From a virus: a DNA stretch of 64,000 bases. This document shows, one piece after another, positions 49,160 to 57,821 of the stretch. The stretch's first letter is position 1; the number at the start of each line of letters is the position of its first letter. Below the pieces are notes generated by a model. The model saw nothing but the letters and a program-made list of their open reading frames with translations, had not been told where the DNA came from and made no database searches. The stretch covers positions 1 through 64,000 of IMG/VR virus record IMGVR_UViG_3300049460_000196; one strand, written 5' to 3'. The position numbers were made by a program, and so were the translations under genes.

Positions 49160-49624
49160 ATGCGAGCTATCGAAATCTTCCAAAATTCAGTATTGAACGA
49201 ATCAGTTACTGAACAAATAATCGCCAAAGCACAGTCATTTGTTAATGCGGTAAAACGCATGAGTGGTATGGAGACCGCAATGGTGCAAGCTAATAGCTAT
49301 CAGCAAGAATTGTTGAATATTTTTGAGAACTGCGTAGATGCCGAAGATCTCAAAATGAAGATTCAGCAACTTGGTCAAACCATCACGATGTCACAAGTAC
49401 ATGAAGGTGTGGGATCCAAGATTGCCAAGGCATCACTGTTGACTCTGGCTGGTGTTGGTGCGGTAGTATGTGCCAAACTGGTCGGCATCTACAATCAAAT
49501 GGGCCAACCAGATGTTATTGACGGCAGTCATTTGAACATGGTTGGAGGTGTACTGTTTGGTGTTATTCCAGCCGTGTTATGTGCGATGCTGGCTATCTTT
49601 ATCGCCCTTGACAGCCGGGCTTGA
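49160..49624 (+). CDS. membrane protein (2 TM), probable late gene
   Basis: TAAATA upstream, GAGG RBS. Confidence 0.65.
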   Translation: MRAIEIFQNSVLNESVTEQIIAKAQSFVNAVKRMSGMETAMVQANSYQQELLNIFENCVDAEDLKMKIQQLGQTITMSQVHEGVGSKIAKASLLTLAGVGAVVCAKLVGIYNQMGQPDVIDGSHLNMVGGVLFGVIPAVLCAMLAIFIALDSRA

Positions 49625-49737
49625 TGGCAAACAACCAATAAAATCAGGACACACTTGTTCTTCTTTTGGTGGATGAGTGGCCGAAAAATTAGTGCGGAAG
49701 ATCATTGGTCGTCCGCACTTGATGCAAGTATAACCCA

Positions 49738-50112
49738 TTAAATGGATACCGCCAACAGGTCAGTGGCCACAACATGTGGCGGCACGTTTGCACGTACATG
49801 ATGCTGAATCAACAGCATACCAATGTATTTGTCGAAGTTGCCGTCATCCGCGTCGTCTACCCAGCCGTTGTAAGGATACGTGGTTTCGTCGTATCCCTCT
49901 TCACCTTCCTGAAACTTCACTAATTCACTTACTGGCGTGGGATCGTCAATCTTCAGACTCAGCTTGTACTTAAAGTCACCGTCCTGATAGTCCAGCATCT
50001 TGTAGTCGTACTCCAATGCATCATCACGAAGCATCTGATACATCCAATCTGGCAAGTCATAGCCACGGATAGTGTGAATATAAGCTGGGCTGTGATCAGT
50101 TATTGCCAACAT
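49738..50112 (-). CDS. hypothetical protein
   Basis: ORF. Confidence 0.6.
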   Translation of the reverse strand: MLAITDHSPAYIHTIRGYDLPDWMYQMLRDDALEYDYKMLDYQDGDFKYKLSLKIDDPTPVSELVKFQEGEEGYDETTYPYNGWVDDADDGNFDKYIGMLLIQHHVRANVPPHVVATDLLAVSI

Positions 50113-50115
50113 GAA

Positions 50116-50724
50116 TTATCCTTCAGATATTAAGCGCTTGATGGTCGCTGTGACCAATTGTGGATCGGCCTTCATTTGACGCATAACTTGCCCCATGAGC
50201 GAGCCGATTGCTTTGTCCTTACCAGACTTAAATTCCTGGACTGCCTTGGCATTCTGCGCCAAGACTGTTTTTACAATCGCATCCAGTTCACTCGTATCTG
50301 CCTCATCCAGTGCCGTAGAGGTCACCAAAACGTCTTCCAGCAAAAGTCCGATGTTGGACGTCAGCAGCACATCTTTCAGCAGCAAACGCGCCTGGTCTTT
50401 GCGAATCAGGTTTTTGTCGAGGAGCTGGGCAATTGCGAACAACGAACGCCCAGCACCATAGTGGTATTCTGGAATGTCGGTCAAGACCAAACCTGATTGA
50501 CTCAGTTGGCCTGACACGTCGTTGATCATGAACTTGTGGAAAACATCCAGATCAGAACTGAGGGTGAAACTTGCCGCATCTTTGCCGTGGAGATTAGCCA
50601 TGACAGCACGGTACATGAGTTCCTGATCTTTCATCACATTGATGTTTTGGTACAGTTTCAGCACCTCGGTATCATCAATGTGGGCAATACTGGCCACAAC
50701 AGCGGCAATTTCTAATTGTTTCAT
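50116..50724 (-). CDS. GatB C-terminal/YqeY tRNA-binding domain protein
   Basis: IVKTVLAQN..AV.EFKSGK.KAIG.LMGQVMR..KADP; start trimmed to MKQL. Confidence 0.85.
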   Translation of the reverse strand: MKQLEIAAVVASIAHIDDTEVLKLYQNINVMKDQELMYRAVMANLHGKDAASFTLSSDLDVFHKFMINDVSGQLSQSGLVLTDIPEYHYGAGRSLFAIAQLLDKNLIRKDQARLLLKDVLLTSNIGLLLEDVLVTSTALDEADTSELDAIVKTVLAQNAKAVQEFKSGKDKAIGSLMGQVMRQMKADPQLVTATIKRLISEG

Positions 50725-50737
50725 ATACGTTAAATTC

Positions 50738-50968
50738 TGGTGGACGCGACGGGACTTGAACCCGCGTATTTCCTTGTACCCGGGCATTACTCCGGGATCT
50801 AACACAACTTGGAAAATCCGCTTCCCTTGCTGTTTATCGCCACCTGTTGCCAGGCCGCTATAGGTGCGGGGTAAAACCATGCGTTATGCCAGACTTGCGA
50901 CTTGGAACCCATTTTATTGGAACCCCTGCCTATTTTTAGGAGTGCATCGCCCTCTTTGCTACGCGCCC
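50738..50968 (-). ncRNA. 231-nt tRNA-like RNA with ~160-nt structured insertion in the anticodon arm
   Basis: GGGCGCG/CGCGTCC-A-CCA (G3:U70), D-arm, T-arm GCGGG-TTCAAGT-CCCGT; insert contains ACAGCAA; own promoter TTGACT-17-TACCAT. Confidence 0.75.
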
Positions 50969-51145
50969 ATGTTCATATGGTATTGCCAGTTTACCGGGAA
51001 GTCAAGCGATCTATTACCGCCCAAGCTTTTAGCCGATCAATCTCGAGTGAAATTTCAAGATCCGTGTAACCTTCCAGTTCCATCACGGTGGCGATGTAGA
51101 AATATGGATCAGGCTGTAACGAAGCCCAGATTTTCTTGAGCCAAT

Positions 51146-51370
51146 TCATGATATCAACACTGCATTGGTGGAGATAACTTCGTTAATCAGTTCACGCTGT
51201 TTATCAGCCAAAGCCAAGGGAAACATGGGCGAATCGTATTGCTTCTGGGTTAAGTTGAAGGTTAGCTCAGCGGTCATCAACACACCAACACCCAACCCTT
51301 CCTGAAATTCTTTGGTGGCCCCGTTTACCACTACGGATAGCTTGTAGACTCGCTTGATCGTTTCGGTCAT
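51146..51370 (-). CDS. hypothetical protein
   Basis: GGAG RBS. Confidence 0.55.
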   Translation of the reverse strand: MTETIKRVYKLSVVVNGATKEFQEGLGVGVLMTAELTFNLTQKQYDSPMFPLALADKQRELINEVISTNAVLIS

Positions 51371-51379
51371 AGCCAGCTC

Positions 51380-51628
51380 CTAGTGAACAGTGTTGTTGCC
51401 AGGCATTACCAGCGCATGATTGTTCCGGTACAGCAAGCCAGCATGAATCATATTCACTTCTTCCACAAACGCACGGATCTTTTCAGGCGATACCATGTCC
51501 TCTTCATGCGACTTGATATCTAGGACAAAAACTTCGACATCAAAGTCTGGTTTAGGCGGAAGAACTTCAGTCCGCTCACTCATGAATTTTTTCAACAGGT
51601 CACGCCATTCCAATTTCTTGTCGTCCAT
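51380..51628 (-). CDS. hypothetical protein
   Basis: AAGGAG RBS. Confidence 0.6.
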   Translation of the reverse strand: MDDKKLEWRDLLKKFMSERTEVLPPKPDFDVEVFVLDIKSHEEDMVSPEKIRAFVEEVNMIHAGLLYRNNHALVMPGNNTVH

Positions 51629-51682
51629 GATTGCTCCTTTTCTGATGTTTCATTTTACACGCAAGTGAACAATCATGCAAGC

Positions 51683-52057
51683 CTATTCTGGGAGATCGCT
51701 TGGGTGCATGCCATAGAGGTCAGCTACTGGTTCACGTAAGACAGTTTTGAGGTTGGCAACCAAATCTTCCAGATAAGCGAGGCGAGCTTCCAACTCGCTC
51801 TTTTGCTCTTTGTGCATGGCATGAGCAGTTGCATAAGTGTAGTCATCAGCATACGATAAACTACCGTAACCAGAAAGACTGTAACCAATCAATTGTGCGA
51901 ACTGATTTTGATCATCTTTGTCAACATCATCCATACAGGCGATGTCATTGAGGTTGATCACGTTGGTGTCAACTAACTGACGAATGATCTTATTGGCTTT
52001 GAAGCGAAGGGTGCCGTGCTGGTCGAGTTCCAGCGGCTGAATTGGATGTTTGGACAT
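51683..52057 (-). CDS. conserved phage protein
   Basis: HPIQP..D..G.LRFK.N, QFAQLIGYSLSGY; start trimmed to MSKH. Confidence 0.7.
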   Translation of the reverse strand: MSKHPIQPLELDQHGTLRFKANKIIRQLVDTNVINLNDIACMDDVDKDDQNQFAQLIGYSLSGYGSLSYADDYTYATAHAMHKEQKSELEARLAYLEDLVANLKTVLREPVADLYGMHPSDLPE

Positions 52058-52062
52058 GTTTT

Positions 52063-52134
52063 TGGTCCCTCGTACTGGAGTCGAACCAGTCAAGCACGCT
52101 TAGGAGGCACGCTGCTCAATCCCTGAGACGAGAG
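52063..52134 (-). tRNA. atypical tRNA-Arg(CCU) with shortened D region
   Basis: CTCTCGT/ACGAGGG-A-CCA, CT-CCT-AA loop, ACTGG-TTCGACT-CCAGT. Confidence 0.7.
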
Positions 52135-52214
52135 GTAATGGTTAAGATATTGCCACTCTACTGGCAATACTTGATGCACACAATAATCTAAATACCAGTC
52201 ATTGGAGACATTAT

Positions 52215-52757
52215 ATGAAAATTCTTATCACAGGTGCAAGTCGGGGTATTGGTCTTGCCACAGCGTCTTTGCTGACGTCTATGGGGCATACCGTGATTGA
52301 TGCTAGTCGGAGTACCGGCCATGACATTCGTCGCCCACAATCATTCTTGAATCTACTGCGCGACTGCGATGTATTCATCAACAACGCATATTCATTCCAG
52401 GCACATTTCGCACAAACGGAAGTGCTATATGGCGCATATGATCTCTGGAAGGATACCAATAAACACATCATCAGTATTGGATCAAACTCAGCAGATGGCA
52501 TTAAGAATCATCCGCACCTATACGCCGTAGCCAAACATGCGTTGGATAAAGCATCCGAGCAATTGGCCAACACTGGATCGAAATGCCGTGTGACCAATGT
52601 GAGGTTTGGATTAGTTGACACCCAAATGAGTGCCAGTATTGTGGGATATCCTGGGCAGCGTCGTATCACTCCCCAGGAAGCCGCAGAGACGATTGTGTGG
52701 GCTACGAATCAGCCAAGTGGATTGCTGATGAAAACCACTACAGTGCAACCGTGTTGA
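52215..52757 (+). CDS. short-chain dehydrogenase/reductase
   Basis: ITGASRGIG, NNA, YAVAK, G.VDT. Confidence 0.92.
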   Translation: MKILITGASRGIGLATASLLTSMGHTVIDASRSTGHDIRRPQSFLNLLRDCDVFINNAYSFQAHFAQTEVLYGAYDLWKDTNKHIISIGSNSADGIKNHPHLYAVAKHALDKASEQLANTGSKCRVTNVRFGLVDTQMSASIVGYPGQRRITPQEAAETIVWATNQPSGLLMKTTTVQPC

Positions 52758-53129
52758 ATTACTGACGTGGCATTTTGCTGGTTTTGGTAGGCCAGGCAGC
52801 GGGATTACGGGCGGTATTGTACTTCTGTTCAGGAGCTGATTCGCGGATCATATTGATCGTCGTTGTCAGTGGAGATTCATGGCCGGGGGCAAACAACTTG
52901 CTAACTTTTACAACAACCGAGTTAATAAAGTTTTGTTTGGAAGTGTTTGGCATGATGGTCATCCAGCTAGTTAAGATAACGCAGTATAGTACCAAATGAA
53001 CAAAAGATCAACTTCTATTTGAAGACAGCCACCAACCCTGATCACAAAGTTGGTGCTGCGGAGAATCAGACCACCATCCAGAATAAACCAGATAGCCTGG
53101 GGAACGAGTGCTCCCGGGTCATTGAATTT

Positions 53130-53207
53130 TGGTGGTGATAGGCGGGATCGAACCGCCGACCTGCGGGTTATGAATCCGCCGCTCTAACCAGTCTGAGCTA
53201 TATCACC
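53130..53207 (-). tRNA. tRNA-CAU (Met or Ile2)
   Basis: canonical cloverleaf, TT-CAT-AA, CCA. Confidence 0.92.
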
Positions 53208-53209
53208 TT

Positions 53210-53294
53210 TGGTGTCCTGGGCGGGACTCGAACCCGCACGCCTTTCGGCACCACCCCCTCAAAGTGGCGAGTCTACCAATTTCTCCACCAGGAC
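53210..53294 (-). tRNA. tRNA-Leu(GAG)
   Basis: CCACT-TT-GAG-GG-GGTGG, long variable arm, CCA. Confidence 0.92.
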
Positions 53295-53339
53295 ATTTTG
53301 TATTGCATGTATTATAGAACCTATTTACTAGTCTTGCAA

Positions 53340-53735
53340 CTACAGCCGTTTGAAAATTCCTTCCAGGGCCTGATATTCAGTACCCTTCAGATCTTTTGTT
53401 GCCTTATTGGCTGCACGAATTGCTGAACGGCTACTCTTAACCTGATTGATCAACTCTGCCAATACCTTCGGATCCAAGCATTCAAATTCATGAAGAGCCA
53501 TGATACGGCTGCACCCATATTTACCCGTGAAAGAAGTGGTAACATGCAGATGCACGGCATCCAGATTTGCATTATAGCCAGCGAGGAAAATCCGGAAGAC
53601 GACATCGTGATTCTTTTTCGTTCTCGCAAGCAGGTATGGGCTCCATTGTGTTGGCTCAGTGACGGCGAGGTTCAACATATTGGCTTTCGCGACAAAGCGA
53701 TTCGCAACATCTTGTTGCACAGGATTGAGAATCAT
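53340..53735 (-). CDS. hypothetical protein (tandem paralog A)
   Basis: similar along its length to 53744..54199. Confidence 0.7.
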   Translation of the reverse strand: MILNPVQQDVANRFVAKANMLNLAVTEPTQWSPYLLARTKKNHDVVFRIFLAGYNANLDAVHLHVTTSFTGKYGCSRIMALHEFECLDPKVLAELINQVKSSRSAIRAANKATKDLKGTEYQALEGIFKRL

Positions 53736-53743
53736 GTTGTACC

Positions 53744-54199
53744 TTAAATCAGCTTATTGATCAAGTCGTTGATCTTCACACCTTCAGCGCCGATGGCAAC
53801 CTGTAGGGCTTTCTTGGCTGCACGGTGAGCCGTACGACTGTCAGTGATTTGTTGGTGGAGCGCAGCCAAAGCCTTGGGATCAATGCGCTCAAATTCTTCA
53901 ATCGTGATGTACTTGATCGACTCATGGATGCCCGAAATACTTGATTGGACATGCTGGGTGATCTTTGGGCCGTTCGCACTCAATGGATCAGCACTCACAT
54001 TGAATTGGAACAGGATAGAACGGTTCTTGGCATGCCGGGCTTCGTGCGTCCAAGTATTCCACCAATTCATGGTTGATGTTGGATTACGAAAATCCAGAAC
54101 GAAGCCAATGTGTTCAGCTTTAAGGATAAAGCGATCGGCTAGTGCCTGCATGGCGGGATGAATGTTCATGTGAATACAAAAAGATTGACAATACCACAT
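53744..54199 (-). CDS. hypothetical protein (tandem paralog B)
   Basis: ADRFILKA..EFERIDPKALA..SR.A.RAA.KA. Confidence 0.7.
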   Translation of the reverse strand: MWYCQSFCIHMNIHPAMQALADRFILKAEHIGFVLDFRNPTSTMNWWNTWTHEARHAKNRSILFQFNVSADPLSANGPKITQHVQSSISGIHESIKYITIEEFERIDPKALAALHQQITDSRTAHRAAKKALQVAIGAEGVKINDLINKLI

Positions 54200-54242
54200 G
54201 GTACTGCCAATCTGGCAACTACTCTACTGGGGAGTTTTCACA

Positions 54243-54476
54243 TTATTGGAAAACTTTGGTGACGATCAGCATACGACCTGGATACTTGACCGAGCGAGTG
54301 GCGCCATCCAGATAGACTTTGCCATTTTTGATCTCAGTTACTTCCTTGATCTCGATGTCATACGACGTTGCGATTTTACCCAACACAACGCCACGGACGA
54401 CTTTGTCGCCAACCTTGTAGTCGTTACCCAGCATGTCTTTGGCTTCGGTACCGAGGAAATCGCTCTGGATGGTCAT
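54243..54476 (-). CDS. hypothetical protein
   Basis: GGAG RBS and promoter. Confidence 0.6.
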   Translation of the reverse strand: MTIQSDFLGTEAKDMLGNDYKVGDKVVRGVVLGKIATSYDIEIKEVTEIKNGKVYLDGATRSVKYPGRMLIVTKVFQ

Positions 54477-54539
54477 CTGCTACTCCGTGTTCGTTTATCT
54501 TGTTCCTATTATAGGCGTAGATGAACAAACAATCAAGTA

Positions 54540-54752
54540 TTAGTCACGTTTGTTTGCCAGTTCGTTCAACTGTTTGCTGAGGTCGGCGTCGGTTTCGGCG
54601 GTGATCACGCCCAGCTTAACCATGTTGTTCATGGTACCACGATACACTTCAAACTCGCGGTTATCGAACGACTCAACCATCACGTGCTCGCGACCAGTGT
54701 CGCTGTCGAAGGTGTCGTAGTTGTGTTTGATCTGCGCGTTGATGATATACAT
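54540..54752 (-). CDS. hypothetical protein
   Basis: AGGAG RBS and promoter. Confidence 0.6.
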   Translation of the reverse strand: MYIINAQIKHNYDTFDSDTGREHVMVESFDNREFEVYRGTMNNMVKLGVITAETDADLSKQLNELANKRD

Positions 54753-54817
54753 GGTCGCTCCTGCATTTGTGTAGAATCACATTATAGACGCAGATGAACA
54801 GAAAATCAAGTAATATT

Positions 54818-54901
54818 TGGTGGACCAGAGCGGAATTGAACCGCCACGACGTCGCGAACGTCTTTCCCAGTGCGGAGGACTTGTACTCACCTGAGTAGCC
54901 C
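54818..54901 (-). ncRNA. degenerate tRNA-like RNA
   Basis: GGCGG-TTCAATT-CCGCT, ACCA end, variable-arm hairpin; D and anticodon arms irregular. Confidence 0.5.
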
Positions 54902-54926
54902 AGCGAAGCACCAATACATGATGCTT

Positions 54927-55003
54927 TGGTGGACTATGGGGACTCGAACCCCCTCTCCCTGGCCCGTAATGATCAGCCTCGTGGGGCTTGTCCCACAATC
55001 TCC
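54927..55003 (-). ncRNA. degenerate tRNA-like RNA (UAC-like loop)
   Basis: GGGG-TTCGAGT-CCCC, TAGTCC-ACCA; non-standard D region. Confidence 0.5.
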
Positions 55004-55095
55004 GCCATTAGATGTAGCGGTGCTGAATCACGCTTCTGAAGCTACTCGCTTGAAGCCGATCATTACGAGCGACTGTTGCCAGTCACCCAGCTGGT

Positions 55096-55380
55096 TTAAT
55101 GGTCTTTGCAGTGACTCAGGTCGCCACGTGATGGCTTTGCACCAGCACGATGTTGTTTCGACCAGTCGTAATCTGCACCCGCGGAGGTAGCACCAGCTTT
55201 ACCAACGCTGTTTGGGTTCTCGGATACCATAGTCACGAAACGAATCTTACCCGTTTCTTCACCTTCGCGGCGCAGAGCAGCCTGAAACTCCAGTGGCTCT
55301 GCCAACAGTACGGTATCAAACACGCGGGATTTTGCTTCCAGGCCGTCTTCGTGAACTTCCGACCAATAAATCATAAACAT
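55096..55380 (-). CDS. hypothetical protein
   Basis: FVTMVSENPNSVGK.G..DY.W.K. Confidence 0.65.
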   Translation of the reverse strand: MFMIYWSEVHEDGLEAKSRVFDTVLLAEPLEFQAALRREGEETGKIRFVTMVSENPNSVGKAGATSAGADYDWSKQHRAGAKPSRGDLSHCKDH

Positions 55381-55496
55381 TTTACTTCCTCTCTCTTTTC
55401 ATCTTTATATTTACAAGAGAGTATATGGTAAAATGGCCACATTTTCAACTGTTATTTCAGATGGGTGGGGAAAGTTGACTTTCCCCAGTTTACGCA

Positions 55497-56144
55497 CTAT
55501 GCAGCCTCACGCTCCAATTCGGCCATAGCCGTCTGGTATTCGTCATCGCTGTAGTAATGATTGCCCAGAACGTCTATCCAAACATTGGTAGTAGCATACT
55601 GATTGTTGTCGCAGAATTGAGCATCGACTTTGAATTGTTCACCATCAACCGAATAGGTTTTCGGTACAGTCACGTTATTGCAATAACGATCGACATGAAG
55701 GAACATTTGAGACAAGCGGGCATGACTTGCGACACGCGCTTTGGTGATGTCGCGAGTGAACTCAGTTACCTTCGCATCAACGGCATAAATGGGCTCCACG
55801 CCTTTATGATAAAACTTGACCAAGTATGCAGTCTTGGCTGGCTCGTAACGGAGTCGAGCATCGCGTCCGAGAACTTTCGTTTGACGAAACATGGTGGACA
55901 CACATTCGATAACCTCTGGTTTGAATCCTTCAGGGCCCACCAGTTTAACGTTCATCAAAAGCTCGCCTTTGTATTGGAGCCCGACCATATTATGACCGTG
56001 GGTATCAAGCAGCTTGCGAACGGCTTTGGCATGATGCTTGGTGCCCGTATATAGCGTCAATAGCGTATTGGGTTTGAACCCACGCTCCATCAATGCTGTA
56101 ACGGCCCGAACTGGATCTGAATCTACAATACGATGCGAAATCAT
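55497..56144 (-). CDS. hypothetical protein
   Basis: ORF. Confidence 0.65.
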   Translation of the reverse strand: MISHRIVDSDPVRAVTALMERGFKPNTLLTLYTGTKHHAKAVRKLLDTHGHNMVGLQYKGELLMNVKLVGPEGFKPEVIECVSTMFRQTKVLGRDARLRYEPAKTAYLVKFYHKGVEPIYAVDAKVTEFTRDITKARVASHARLSQMFLHVDRYCNNVTVPKTYSVDGEQFKVDAQFCDNNQYATTNVWIDVLGNHYYSDDEYQTAMAELEREAA

Positions 56145-56205
56145 GTGCTTCCCCGGTGCGTTAAAAAAAACACACTATACTGTAATTAATACAATGTTCA
56201 AAGCT

Positions 56206-56508
56206 CTACACTACTAAAACATCAATGAAGGCAGTTGGGGTATTGGTGGGTTCAGGAGGAAAGACGGCGGCCCATTGTGCGGCATAGCGCTCAATAGATT
56301 CGCCTAGAATGAATTTATAGCCAACCACACAACCATCACCAGTAAACGCATTCAGCGTCGTGATCAGGAGTTCATTGGTTGGTGTTTCTTCGTAGTCATC
56401 ACTCAATGAATATGAGTCGATGTTGTGTGATTCGAGCCATGACTTTGCTTCCGGGTAATCACCGAACCAGAGTCCGTAAATGGCAATGCCCGTGTATGCA
56501 ACTGTCAT
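56206..56508 (-). CDS. hypothetical protein
   Basis: ORF. Confidence 0.55.
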   Translation of the reverse strand: MTVAYTGIAIYGLWFGDYPEAKSWLESHNIDSYSLSDDYEETPTNELLITTLNAFTGDGCVVGYKFILGESIERYAAQWAAVFPPEPTNTPTAFIDVLVV

Positions 56509-56519
56509 AGTCTTTTATG

Positions 56520-56552
56520 TGGTAGGGAGAGGGGGACTTGAACCCCCACGCC
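56520..56552 (-). pseudogene. orphan 3' half of a tRNA-Leu
   Basis: GGCGT-GGGGG-TTCAAGT-CCCCC-TCTCCCT-A-CCA. Confidence 0.75.
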
Positions 56553-56557
56553 ACTAT

Positions 56558-56642
56558 TGGTACCCTGAGCCGGAATCGAACCGGCACGCCTCACGGCGCT
56601 TGATTTTGAGTCAAGTGCGTCTACCAGTTCCGCCATCAGGGC
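56558..56642 (-). tRNA. tRNA-Leu(CAA)
   Basis: CTTGA-CT-CAA-AA-TCAAG, CCA. Confidence 0.93.
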
Positions 56643-57091
56643 TCATTCTGTTTATATTGACTGCGTTTCTTACCAGTAAGAGCTTGAGCAATTTTCGCTC
56701 TATGTTCGGGAGATTTTGGCTTCCCTGCATTACCCTTACCAGCTTTACGTGCTTGCTCTACACCTCTACTCTGTGAGGCACATGCAGCTTCGTATCCATT
56801 CTTAGCGACATTCTGTTCCCAAAGCGTCATACCCGTATGGTCTACACGATCAATATAATTGTCTTTGTGCGTACCCCAATACAAATGATTGGGGTTACTG
56901 CATTTTTCATTATTGCAAGCATGACACAACAAAGTTGTGTGAGTTTCGGGTATGGTAGTTCCCAAAGTTGCTGCCAACAATCCGCGAAATTCAACTGATT
57001 TGCCACCACGTTCAACACATGGAAGTTCAAGAGCTAAATGACTACGGCGTTCTTCTCTACTCAGAAGCATATGGTCGATGATATTCATCAT
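56636..57091 (-). CDS. HNH homing endonuclease with NUMOD3-like tail
   Basis: LCHACNNEKCSNPNHLYWGT.KDN; GKPKSPEHRAKIAQALTGK. Confidence 0.88.
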   Translation of the reverse strand: MMNIIDHMLLSREERRSHLALELPCVERGGKSVEFRGLLAATLGTTIPETHTTLLCHACNNEKCSNPNHLYWGTHKDNYIDRVDHTGMTLWEQNVAKNGYEAACASQSRGVEQARKAGKGNAGKPKSPEHRAKIAQALTGKKRSQYKQNEP

Positions 57092-57107
57092 CTATTTAGT
57101 AAACACG

Positions 57108-57139
57108 GCTGCTGTGTCTACCAATTCCACCATCCCCCA
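57108..57139 (-). pseudogene. orphan 5' half of a tRNA-Leu
   Basis: TGGGGGA-TG-GTGGAATTGGTAGACAC-AGCAGC; acceptor strand pairs with the 56520 half. Confidence 0.75.
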
Positions 57140-57152
57140 TAAGCGTATATTT

Positions 57153-57237
57153 TGGTGCCCAGAGCCGGAATCGAACCGGCACGCCTTGCGGCAGCGGATT
57201 TTGAGTCCGCCAAGTCTACCAGTTTCATCATCTGGGC
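57153..57237 (-). tRNA. tRNA-Leu(CAA)
   Basis: GCGGA-CT-CAA-AA-TCCGC, CCA. Confidence 0.92.
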
Positions 57238-57310
57238 GACAAAATATAAGTTCACGTGCTGCTAGTGCTCCGCATTATACATATCGGAGCCCAGTATGCC
57301 AAATGTTTTT

Positions 57311-57389
57311 TGGTGGATGCGGTGGGCATCGAACCCACAAAGCCCAAGATTTTAAGTCCCGGAGGTATGCCATTTCCCGTCACGCATCC
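57311..57389 (-). tRNA. tRNA-Leu(UAA), short variable region
   Basis: GGATGCG/CGCATCC-A-CCA, CGGGA-CT-TAA-AA-TCTTG. Confidence 0.85.
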
Positions 57390-57415
57390 ATGGGATGACG
57401 CACGTCATCCATGTA

Positions 57416-57814
57416 TTACAGATACAGCCTGGTGTTCCAGTCGTTGTACTGGTCACCATCATAGGTGGTATTCCACCTAAACGAACGTTTAACCAGCTTC
57501 TTGTCCCACGTATATTCCACGCGATCAAAACTGTATTCAAACGAACTTACTACCGACTCGCCATCAACCAATACTGCTTGGCCATAGCGAACCTTATTGA
57601 GCATCTGATCAGGCTCAAAGAAAATTGTTCTCACTTCGTTATGCCAATCCGCAGGCACATAAAGGTCAATCAACTTCTGGACATTCTCAAATGTTGCATC
57701 CCATTGTTCAGGTATGCGAATGGTCTCCATGGCCATGTGTGTGCCATTCCAAGCCGCATACCGTATCTCAACGGACGGTTTGATTCTATATTGGGGAAGG
57801 GTTATGGGAAACAT
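57416..57814 (-). CDS. hypothetical protein (tandem paralog)
   Basis: ITLPQY..KPSV similar to 57822..58235. Confidence 0.7.
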   Translation of the reverse strand: MFPITLPQYRIKPSVEIRYAAWNGTHMAMETIRIPEQWDATFENVQKLIDLYVPADWHNEVRTIFFEPDQMLNKVRYGQAVLVDGESVVSSFEYSFDRVEYTWDKKLVKRSFRWNTTYDGDQYNDWNTRLYL

Positions 57815-57821
57815 CGTCTAT

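Noticed and set aside
50738-50968. Canonical tmRNA
   Set aside because: Too short, has a D-stem, and lacks the typical 5' ..TTCGAC signature; kept only as one hypothesis.
53020-53128. Possible theta/HDV-like ribozyme after tRNA-CAU
   Set aside because: Could not build the nested double pseudoknot by eye.
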